From an uncultured virus (IMG/VR IMGVR_UViG_3300027782_000071) (Duplodnaviria; Heunggongvirae; Uroviricota; Caudoviricetes), in the IMG/VR virus record IMGVR_UViG_3300027782_000071, positions 1-64,000 of that record: a DNA stretch of 64,000 nt; one strand, 5' to 3'. Under the pieces are notes generated by a model. That model had not been told where the DNA came from. It was given only the letters and a program-made list of their open reading frames with translations, and did no database searches. Made by a program: the position numbers and the translations under genes. This document shows positions 26,685-33,670 of this stretch, piece by piece. The stretch's first letter is position 1; each line of letters begins with the position of its first letter.

Positions 26685-27602
26685 TTATTCTGCCAACTTT
26701 GCGAAGTAGGACAGAGTATCATCCTCATCTTCATCATATGAAGAAGACTTAGAAGAAGAACTCAGATTACTCAATTCGGTGCGAAGATCTTCATCAAGGT
26801 CACGAACTGGACCGCGAGAAGTCTCTTCCTCATCAGCAACCTCAGGGTCTTGACGACGAGCAGTCTTGTTGCCGAGAACATAATCAAGACGCTTCTTCAG
26901 TTCATCATAAGACTTGAACTGGTCAGCAGCAACGAGTTCTGCAAGAGAATACTGCTTCTTCCAGATTGCTTCCATTGCATCATCATCGTCCAGAAGAGCA
27001 CCTTGTGCGGCAAACTCTGAAGAATCATAATTACGATAACCAGCAACATTCTTTGCCTTCAGTTTGAAGTTAGCACCCTGCCAGAAGTCAAACGGATCGA
27101 TAGGAGTCTCATCTTCAAACTCTGGTTGCATTGCAGCAGTCAGTTTATCGAAGATTTTCTTACCAAACTTATAAAGGAACACTTTACCTTCGTTAGCAGG
27201 ATTAGCAGGATCCTTGACAACATAGATGTTGCTCACATAAGTCAGTTTGCGCTTCTGCTTACGTGCTACTTCTTTACCAGCATCAGTACCATTGTTCCAC
27301 AATTCGGAGTTGAGTTCCGATACGGGATCCTTCTGGTTCATGGTAGTAAGAGAATTCTCAATATACCAACCGCCAGGGCCTTGAAATGCGTGGGAGTACA
27401 GTTTTACAAACGGAAGATCTTCACCGTTAGGAGCAGGGAGGAAACGAATGACGGCATAACCATTGCCGCTCTTATCACATTCGAGTTTCCAAAGACGATC
27501 ATCGCCAGATGATGTGTTATTATTCATTTTTTCTACTTCCTTGACCAGTTTTGCGGTCAGGGAACCAAGTTTAGATTGTTTCTTAAGATCAGAAAAAGAC
27601 AT
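26685..27602 (-). CDS. gp32: Single-stranded DNA-binding protein
   Basis: DDRLWK...GNGYAVIRFLPA...HAFQGPGGWYIENSLTT...acidic tail ending YFAKLAE. Confidence 0.96.
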   Translation of the reverse strand: MSFSDLKKQSKLGSLTAKLVKEVEKMNNNTSSGDDRLWKLECDKSGNGYAVIRFLPAPNGEDLPFVKLYSHAFQGPGGWYIENSLTTMNQKDPVSELNSELWNNGTDAGKEVARKQKRKLTYVSNIYVVKDPANPANEGKVFLYKFGKKIFDKLTAAMQPEFEDETPIDPFDFWQGANFKLKAKNVAGYRNYDSSEFAAQGALLDDDDAMEAIWKKQYSLAELVAADQFKSYDELKKRLDYVLGNKTARRQDPEVADEEETSRGPVRDLDEDLRTELSNLSSSSKSSSYDEDEDDTLSYFAKLAE

Positions 27603-27645
27603 TTGGATTCGTTGTGTAAATTGGATGTTTTGGATTTACTTAGAT

Positions 27646-27674
27646 ATTATAACAAAAATAATATCACTTGTCAA
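27646..27674 (-). promoter_or_regulatory. sigma70 promoter of gp32
   Basis: TTGACA-17nt-TATAAT with extended TGn. Confidence 0.82.
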
Positions 27675-27996
27675 TAAATTCCTTGAGAGACTCAATTGTT
27701 TTGTTCATACTATTGAAAAGTATATTCATATCTGTGTCAGGAGGAAATCCCATAATTGCCACAGATTTGCGAAGATTCTCTTTCATCTCAACCGCTTGTG
27801 GATCATCAGAAAGAGAAAGTCTTGTGTACATAATACGTTGCTTTTCTAGCAACTGAGTCAATTTATCAATGTGTTCCAGTTTATCTTCACGGGTCATCGA
27901 ACCAAAAGTAAGAATACTTCCATAAATGAACTTTTGAAGTTCATTAATTTCTTCAAGTTCTTCCTGAATCAATTCAGAATCAAAGAATTTACTCAT
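27664..27996 (-). CDS. DUF1825-like cyanobacterial/cyanophage protein
   Basis: FFDSE.IQEEL...LLEKQRIMYTRLSLSDDP.A. Confidence 0.75.
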   Translation of the reverse strand: MSKFFDSELIQEELEEINELQKFIYGSILTFGSMTREDKLEHIDKLTQLLEKQRIMYTRLSLSDDPQAVEMKENLRKSVAIMGFPPDTDMNILFNSMNKTIESLKEFIDK

Positions 27997-28579
27997 TTAC
28001 AATTTCCCGTAAAAGTTTTTTGTACTGGAATACATCGATATTTAGAAACGGTTTGTATTTTTTAATTTTTAAACTTACGGTTTCCCACACTGGGTCCAAA
28101 AGTTTTTTATCAAACACATTCCCGAACTGGAATATTATATCATAAATCACCAGGGTTTCAATACCAATCTTCCCGCCCAGGAACTTTTTTAGAACTGGTG
28201 GATGTCCTTTCGAACAATTGAAAGCATCTTCTAATTTTGTTTCCGAGAGTAATTCTTCCGATTGTTCTTTGAACAAGTAGGTCAAACTCTGCTGTCGTTT
28301 CATCCACTCGACGTATGTTCTTTCTCCAGAATTTATAATTTCTCCAATCCATATGTTTTGTGGGTTATCGGCGGCAAGAAAATTGGCAAGAAAATAATCT
28401 ACTATTTCTTTATCAGAATATTTACGACTGGATTTCTCAAACCAATATTTATCTTTGCGTTTGTTAAAAGAAGTTAGAGTTGCCCTTGACTTCCCACCAT
28501 ATTTAAAGAAATCGTATTTTGGATTTGTAAAATGACTTTTGAGTGAAAGATAATGTTGATAGGTCTCAAAAGGACTCAT
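27989..28579 (-). CDS. gp59: Helicase loader
   Basis: Y..YLSLKSHFT..KYDFFKY.GK...F.KRKDKYWFEK. Confidence 0.88.
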   Translation of the reverse strand: MSPFETYQHYLSLKSHFTNPKYDFFKYGGKSRATLTSFNKRKDKYWFEKSSRKYSDKEIVDYFLANFLAADNPQNIWIGEIINSGERTYVEWMKRQQSLTYLFKEQSEELLSETKLEDAFNCSKGHPPVLKKFLGGKIGIETLVIYDIIFQFGNVFDKKLLDPVWETVSLKIKKYKPFLNIDVFQYKKLLREIVNE

Positions 28580-28836
28580 AGGGGCAATTTTGCTCTCGAA
28601 GTTTTTTTCATAAAGTTTAGGTTGATAGCATCATACTTCAATCTTTCTTTAAGTGGTTTTGATACGAGTTTCGTAATTGAATCTACTTCAATACCATTCA
28701 CTTCACAATAGTGAACGATTGCATCAATATAGTTGCACTTTTCTTCTGCAACAATTTTTTCCACTTCCAGTGCAAACTTGGAAGGGGTGAGGAATTTATC
28801 CTCCATTACCTGCTCTAGTTCTTTATTTGGTTCCAT
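28576..28836 (-). CDS. gp33: Late transcription coactivator
   Basis: F...VEKIV.....NYIDAIVHYCE.N.IEV...KL.SKPLKE.L..DA..LNF; start placed at MEPNK. Confidence 0.88.
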   Translation of the reverse strand: MEPNKELEQVMEDKFLTPSKFALEVEKIVAEEKCNYIDAIVHYCEVNGIEVDSITKLVSKPLKERLKYDAINLNFMKKTSRAKLPL

Positions 28837-29503
28837 ACTGCTCAAGTTTATCTCCAACAAATTTTCTAATATATTGGACGAGCAATTTAAGGTACTTTGC
28901 TTTGTCGTATTCTTCATAAACTACACATTCTCCATTTTCACAAGACATAATGATAACAAATTTTTTGACTGGTATCTCAGTCAGTTCGTAATACATTGCT
29001 GCATAAGCACAGCACTGTACAAAATAATGGTCAATCCACTCACGTGGTTTGGGTTTTTTGGAAGTCTTAAAGTCGATGATCGCTAGTTCGCCATTATATT
29101 CAGCAATGCAATCAACGGTTCCCGCAACACCTAATTGCTTACTATATAGGGAACCTTCAAGAGCGTGAATATTATTTATATTATTCAGTTCCGTTTTTGC
29201 AATCTTAAAAAGAAAATCCGCCAGCGGCGCAACAGACGGCAAATCTTGATTTTTAAGATAGTTCTCCGTAAGAGAATGCATATCCGTACCGCGAGAAGTA
29301 GCCGCCTTAGTAATCTTCTCCGCCTCCGCCTCACCAATCCTTTTGCGCCACTTAACAAATATTTCACGATTAAAATGACTTGTAACAGAAGTAATTGAAA
29401 CTAGTTTAAGAAGTTCTTCCTCGTCAGGAACTTTATAATATCGAATACCATCTATAGTCTCCCGTTCAAGTTTTGGGAGAATCACATCAACATGATTGAA
29501 CAT
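28823..29503 (-). CDS. PD-(D/E)XK exonuclease (T4-like cyanophage exonuclease A type)
   Basis: SITSV...RGT.MH...AGTVDCIAEY.G.LAIIDFKTS...Q..AYA. Confidence 0.85.
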   Translation of the reverse strand: MFNHVDVILPKLERETIDGIRYYKVPDEEELLKLVSITSVTSHFNREIFVKWRKRIGEAEAEKITKAATSRGTDMHSLTENYLKNQDLPSVAPLADFLFKIAKTELNNINNIHALEGSLYSKQLGVAGTVDCIAEYNGELAIIDFKTSKKPKPREWIDHYFVQCCAYAAMYYELTEIPVKKFVIIMSCENGECVVYEEYDKAKYLKLLVQYIRKFVGDKLEQYGTK

Positions 29504-30258
29504 TAAAAACCTGCTTCTATTTTAGCAACAATGTATTCTTTGACAAGTCCAGAACGAACAATATCATCAACACCAAATTCTATTATATCAATAGATGGCA
29601 TTTTACGCAAGATGCTCATAAAATCAACAATTCCATTACGCTCATTAGATTTCTGCAAATCCGACTGAGTAGCATCTCCACAAAACATAATCTTAGAGTT
29701 TTCACCAACACGAGTAATGATTGAATCCAATTCATGTGCCGTACAGTTTTGAAATTCATCTACAATAATGATTGAGTTATCAAGTGTCGTGCCTCTCAAA
29801 AATGAGGTACTCCAGAACTTAATCGTTTCCTGTGCCTTAAGATTACCATAAAGCATCTCAAACTCTGCATCAGAAGGCATCTGGAACATATACTTTACCA
29901 TATTCTTATAAGGAATCTGATAGATATCCGATTTGTCTTCATAGGAACCAGGAAGGAAACCAATCTCCCTTGTAGCAACTAAAGAACGAACCAAATAGAT
30001 TTTCTCATAAGGAGTTCTTTCATCAAGAACTTCACGAAGAGCATTATAAAGAGTGATGAAAGTCTTACCGGTTCCTGCACATCCATATGCGACAAGATGT
30101 TTACCTTCGGCATATGCGTCAAAAAGTTTGCCTTGATTATCCGTAAGTGGATCAATATCTAATAGATATTCGCTCCCGAGTGCCTTTTTCCTCTTTGCCT
30201 GACGGGTTGTAAGACCAACACCAATTGGTTGGTCGTTCGTCCTTTTTCTTCTTGCCAT
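29503..30258 (-). CDS. phoH: PhoH-family ATPase
   Basis: GCAGTGKT Walker A, REIGFLPG, FLRGTT, DEFQN, GDATQSD, IVRS. Confidence 0.95.
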   Translation of the reverse strand: MARRKRTNDQPIGVGLTTRQAKRKKALGSEYLLDIDPLTDNQGKLFDAYAEGKHLVAYGCAGTGKTFITLYNALREVLDERTPYEKIYLVRSLVATREIGFLPGSYEDKSDIYQIPYKNMVKYMFQMPSDAEFEMLYGNLKAQETIKFWSTSFLRGTTLDNSIIIVDEFQNCTAHELDSIITRVGENSKIMFCGDATQSDLQKSNERNGIVDFMSILRKMPSIDIIEFGVDDIVRSGLVKEYIVAKIEAGF

Positions 30259-30259
30259 A

Positions 30260-30502
30260 TTAAAGTTTTTTTATAGTTGAACCGGGCATTTTCTGTGCTT
30301 TTCCAAGAACATCATTCCATCCTGGATGTTTGTTGGCGAGTTTATCTCTCCATTCTCCAACCTCTCCTGGACTTGCGGATCCCTGCGACCAATCCCTTTG
30401 CCACTCAGGATTGTCCTGATACCACTGCGTGATGTCATGAACACTCATTTCAATCACTTTCGTCTCACCAGTTTCTTTATGAATAATCGGATAAATTGCC
30501 AT
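30260..30502 (-). CDS. Conserved T4-like phage hypothetical protein
   Basis: MAIYP..HKETGE...DNPEW...GWNDVL..; typical position between thyX and phoH. Confidence 0.75.
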   Translation of the reverse strand: MAIYPIIHKETGETKVIEMSVHDITQWYQDNPEWQRDWSQGSASPGEVGEWRDKLANKHPGWNDVLGKAQKMPGSTIKKL

Positions 30503-30527
30503 GGGGTTTAATAATGTGTATCGTTAT

Positions 30528-31163
30528 TTAGACCCATTCAAGGGCTTCTGAGACTGCTGGGAATTGTTCGGCAAACACTTTCTTACATGCCTCTGCAATT
30601 TCCATATGTTCTTTTTGAGTTCCGTGTGCAGAACGCAGATTGATATAATGAATCCACGACCTGCAAGAGCCTGTCATATAAATTTTTGTAGGAACTGCAA
30701 GTGGCAATACAAACCTAGCACACTCCTTTGCCACATCACACTCTAGGAGTTCCTTGTAGAGGTCTTGAGCGGCATCAAAATGATCTTGGATCTTAGAGTA
30801 GAGTTCTATCTTAAGGTCTGCTGGGAGGTCGTCTGTGGAGTTCTGGCGGTTCTTTGTGTCCTGCCTACGAAGTTCTGGTAGGGGAATATCCTCTGCAATC
30901 AGATTTGTGTCAGCATAACGTTGTGAGAACTCTTGGAATGTGAAGCTACGATGACGCAGAATTTGTGCGGCAATACCACGAGTAGTCTCAATCTCCAGTG
31001 TCATAGAAGACTGTTCAAACACAGACCAATGATTATGCTTAATGCAATAAGCAAGCAACTTGGAATAGTTTTCGTTATCCTGATTTGCAGGATTAGAAAC
31101 TCTCGCAATAAATGCCATTGTTTTTTCTGCATCTGGTGTAATACTAATTAATTTTACAGTCAT
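30528..31163 (-). CDS. thyX: FAD-dependent thymidylate synthase
   Basis: HWSVFE...QILRHRSFTFQEFSQRY (RHRX7S motif)...KECARFVLP. Confidence 0.96.
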   Translation of the reverse strand: MTVKLISITPDAEKTMAFIARVSNPANQDNENYSKLLAYCIKHNHWSVFEQSSMTLEIETTRGIAAQILRHRSFTFQEFSQRYADTNLIAEDIPLPELRRQDTKNRQNSTDDLPADLKIELYSKIQDHFDAAQDLYKELLECDVAKECARFVLPLAVPTKIYMTGSCRSWIHYINLRSAHGTQKEHMEIAEACKKVFAEQFPAVSEALEWV

Positions 31164-31327
31164 TTCTTTCCAAATCCTTTTGATGTTTGTTGTTCAATTT
31201 GTTCCAATTCTTGTTTTACACTTCGAAGTTGTGCTTTCATTTCTTTCAATTGTTCTCCAGAATAAAGATGATCTTGTTTGATCAATTTTTCCAACAATTT
31301 TACAAGTTCTTTTGCTTTATTAGTCAT
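31160..31327 (-). CDS. Small coiled-coil cyanophage protein (55 aa)
   Basis: MTNKAKELVKLLEKLIKQDHLYSGEQLKEMK...KGFGKK; ATGA overlap with thyX. Confidence 0.7.
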   Translation of the reverse strand: MTNKAKELVKLLEKLIKQDHLYSGEQLKEMKAQLRSVKQELEQIEQQTSKGFGKK

Positions 31328-31478
31328 TATAGTCCTCAAAGATTTCGTCGTAATCTAATTCTCTTGGTTTAATATCATCATATCGATATGATGGTGTATC
31401 GGAATAAATTTCCGCCTTTAACGAATCAAGAAGAAGTTCCATATTTCGGATTATGAGTTTTAATTTGTCTTTGTCCAT
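31320..31478 (-). CDS. Small acidic cyanophage protein (52 aa)
   Basis: MDKDKLKLIIRNMELLLDSLKAEIYSD...DYDEIFED; downstream of a promoter. Confidence 0.7.
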   Translation of the reverse strand: MDKDKLKLIIRNMELLLDSLKAEIYSDTPSYRYDDIKPRELDYDEIFEDYND

Positions 31479-31499
31479 CCTTTATAGATCTCTCAAAAC

Positions 31500-31534
31500 A
31501 TTTTACATAAAAAAAAGGAGGGTGTCAACCCCCC
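31500..31534 (-). terminator. Intrinsic terminator whose loop carries the -35 box of the next promoter
   Basis: GGGGGG-TTGACA-CCCTCC-T8; TTGACA-17nt-TAAAAT. Confidence 0.75.
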
Positions 31535-31540
31535 AGTATA

Positions 31541-31654
31541 TTATCGCATTGCCATTACAAGTTTTGCTTGATGCTTGCGTTGTTCTTTTTCCTTTTGCTG
31601 CTTGATTAAAACAAGTTGCCAGTTATTTTTATTTTTCACATTTGCTTGTGACAT
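31541..31654 (-). CDS. 37-aa basic, Gln/Lys-rich peptide downstream of the glutamine riboswitch
   Basis: MSQANVKNKNNWQLVLIKQQKEKEQRKHQAKLVMAMR with strong SD AAGGAG. Confidence 0.65.
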   Translation of the reverse strand: MSQANVKNKNNWQLVLIKQQKEKEQRKHQAKLVMAMR

Positions 31655-31687
31655 TAGGTTTTCTCCTTAGTGGTTTAGGTTAAAGAG

Positions 31688-31900
31688 CGTTCCTTCAGTC
31701 GGCGGTTGCGTCTATTTTACACTCTTTGGGAGTAATTTTTTTGATTTCCCAAATTAAATCGTTGCGAGTTTGTGGAGGCATATTTGCCTTCATAACTCTT
31801 CCAATGATTAACTTTGCTTGTAGACAACTAAGTAAGAGTGCTTCCATAGATGAACGATCCGTTCCGCGTCGGCTTACTTCCGACCCTTTCGGGTTGAACG
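31688..31900 (-). promoter_or_regulatory. Tandem/interlocked glnA-type glutamine riboswitch
   Basis: CGTTC-A-ACCC-GAAA-GGGT-CGGAAGTAAG...GAACG-GAT-CGTTC-ATCTAT[...]ATAGA-CGCAA...CTGAAG-GAACG. Confidence 0.8.
31695..31847 (-). CDS. 50-aa peptide ORF embedded in the P2 loop of the second aptamer
   Basis: MEALLLSCLQAKLIIGRVMKANMPPQTRNDLIWEIKKITPKECKIDATAD; ATG in the P2 stem, TGA inside CTGAAG. Confidence 0.6.
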   Translation of the reverse strand: MEALLLSCLQAKLIIGRVMKANMPPQTRNDLIWEIKKITPKECKIDATAD

Positions 31901-31907
31901 TAGAGGT

Positions 31908-31937
31908 ATTATACCCCCATTGCGGGTATTTAGTCAA
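31908..31937 (-). promoter_or_regulatory. sigma70 promoter (with overlapping late-type TAAATA) for the riboswitch transcript
   Basis: TTGACT-18nt-TATAAT, 7 nt upstream of the first aptamer. Confidence 0.7.
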
Positions 31938-31944
31938 ATAATTC

Positions 31945-31960
31945 TGTAAAATGTGATACA
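31945..31960. promoter_or_regulatory. NtcA-type binding site
   Basis: TGTA-N8-TACA (tgtaaaatgtgataca). Confidence 0.65.
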
Positions 31961-31963
31961 GTT

Positions 31964-32335
31964 TTACTTGCGCTTTTTCTTTTCTGGAACACTATATCCC
32001 CAATTTCTAGGGTTAATCTTACCATAACCCCATCTAATACTACGAATAGTATTGCCTATTTTATCATAGTACATATCAAAAAGATTTACTCTTTTTCCAC
32101 ATCTTGTTAAATCATAACAAATCTCACCATCTACGATATATTCAACAATATATGCATCTGTTGGTACAGTATAATCTTTTGTTTCTTGTAATGTACAATT
32201 GTGTTTGAGTATTTCACACCCATAACGAGATTTAAGTTCTTTTATTTCCTGAGCGTTCCAAATATAATTGGAATCTTTATCAGATACTTTATTTTTTTCT
32301 GTTGACATTATATTTTCTGCAACTACATTTTTCAA
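31964..32335 (-). CDS. Conserved cyanophage hypothetical protein
   Basis: ...PTDAYIV.Y......YDL.R...V.LFD.YYD......I.WGYG.INP..W. Confidence 0.7.
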   Translation of the reverse strand: MKNVVAENIMSTEKNKVSDKDSNYIWNAQEIKELKSRYGCEILKHNCTLQETKDYTVPTDAYIVEYIVDGEICYDLTRCGKRVNLFDMYYDKIGNTIRSIRWGYGKINPRNWGYSVPEKKKRK

Positions 32336-32369
32336 TTTTTTAAATCCACAATATTAATTAATAACAATA

Positions 32370-33020
32370 TTAACCACGATTTCCCCAACAAATATCCGGA
32401 TATGCTTGGGAAACAATGTCCTTTGAAATTTTATACTTTGTCTCTAGATTCTTATCTTTAGTAAGGCAGAGAATTTCCGATTCAAGTGGATGAAGTCCTT
32501 GAAGAATATTAATAAACATTGTCTCTCTACGAATAGAAGATAGTCCATCATTACCACCTTTTACAAAATTATAAAATTTGGTATATTCTTTACGAATTGA
32601 TGATTTACCTTGATCCGTTGAACCAAGTGATTGTGTTCCAAGTTCTCCCATTTTATAAACAGCATCTTCAATTTTTTGACTTAGAGTCGAATTAAAAGAT
32701 CCTTGTTCACTAACATCAGAGTAAGGAACTTCTCCCGAAGGAAGTAATGAAATTATAGTTTCATCAAAATTCCAAATAAAAATTGCTTTTAATGAATCAT
32801 GTTCATATTTTTTAAGAACTTCAACCTTTTTAGAAATACTCCTTTGCTTTGAAGCAAGATTGAGAATTTCAAATATAAATGGGTTAGCTGGAAGTTCTAG
32901 AATTGGAGTTTCAACAACCTTTTCGGTAACTGTTTTTGGTTGTACCGTTTTAGTTGCCGCTTTAGTTGCTGCTTTAGTCGTCGTCTTCTGTGTCGTCATA
33001 TTCATAGTCAGTGTTTTCAA
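32370..33020 (-). CDS. Conserved T4-like phage protein (DUF6433-like)
   Basis: EIL......KKVEVL...WNFD....LP.GEVPY...RRETMFI..L.GLHP.E. Confidence 0.75.
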   Translation of the reverse strand: MKTLTMNMTTQKTTTKAATKAATKTVQPKTVTEKVVETPILELPANPFIFEILNLASKQRSISKKVEVLKKYEHDSLKAIFIWNFDETIISLLPSGEVPYSDVSEQGSFNSTLSQKIEDAVYKMGELGTQSLGSTDQGKSSIRKEYTKFYNFVKGGNDGLSSIRRETMFINILQGLHPLESEILCLTKDKNLETKYKISKDIVSQAYPDICWGNRG

Positions 33021-33201
33021 ATCTAAATGCGATTACTTCATCGGGAATAACATTCCCATGATTATCATAAAATTCAGGATGCATTCTTGGCGTTTCCTGA
33101 TAACTCAACATATACTCTCTAGCAACCCATCCCAAACCTATTCCCACTATAAGAAATAATACGGTTAAAAATGAGCCAAATACTAAACTGATTGCTAACA
33201 T
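32974..33201 (-). CDS. Small membrane protein
   Basis: N-terminal TM helix, HPEFYD..GN..PDE...RFEN, acidic tail. Confidence 0.7.
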   Translation of the reverse strand: MLAISLVFGSFLTVLFLIVGIGLGWVAREYMLSYQETPRMHPEFYDNHGNVIPDEVIAFRFENTDYEYDDTEDDD

Positions 33202-33218
33202 TTTTTTTCTCCGGGAAA

Positions 33219-33398
33219 TTACTTCTTTTTTCTTGATTGAAAGTAAAATTCGAAATGAATGGTTGTTTCCCGATTAAGAAAGCAGACCATCTTTTCAAAA
33301 ATAATATGGAACGGTTTGGTCTGCTTTTTGTTGCCTCCTTTAAGTATAACTTCGACTCCACGATTAATATCGGGGAATTCATTATTATTTATGCCCAT
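33219..33398 (-). CDS. Small hypothetical protein
   Basis: MGINNNEFPDINRGVEVILKGG...; fills the gap in the operon. Confidence 0.55.
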   Translation of the reverse strand: MGINNNEFPDINRGVEVILKGGNKKQTKPFHIIFEKMVCFLNRETTIHFEFYFQSRKKK

Positions 33399-33399
33399 C

Positions 33400-33636
33400 T
33401 TAGACAATTTTTTGTTCCCTAAGGAAATTGATTGTATCAATACATCCGCCCAATTTTGTACCGTCACAAACAACTTGTGGGAAAGTTGACCCTTCACCAA
33501 ATTCTGAATAGAATTCATCTCTAGTAAAGTCGGAATCTAAAGTATAAACTGCAAAGTTACTTTTTGTCAACTCCAAAACAGTTTTGACTTTATAGCAATA
33601 AGGACAATCATTTTTGCTGTAAACTGTAAAATTCAT
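33400..33636 (-). CDS. nrdC: Glutaredoxin
   Basis: CPYC active site, TFPQV, LGGC. Confidence 0.92.
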   Translation of the reverse strand: MNFTVYSKNDCPYCYKVKTVLELTKSNFAVYTLDSDFTRDEFYSEFGEGSTFPQVVCDGTKLGGCIDTINFLREQKIV

Positions 33637-33670
33637 AATAGAAAAAAATTAATTTATTGTTAGTATATAT

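Noticed and set aside
28823..29503. Cas4 / CRISPR association of the exonuclease
   Set aside because: Core T4-like cyanophage PD-(D/E)XK exonuclease in its usual phoH-gp33 context; no array
31695..31937. 80-aa version of the riboswitch ORF starting at TTG 31937
   Set aside because: That TTG is the -35 box; the extension runs through the promoter and first aptamer, so ATG 31847 is preferred
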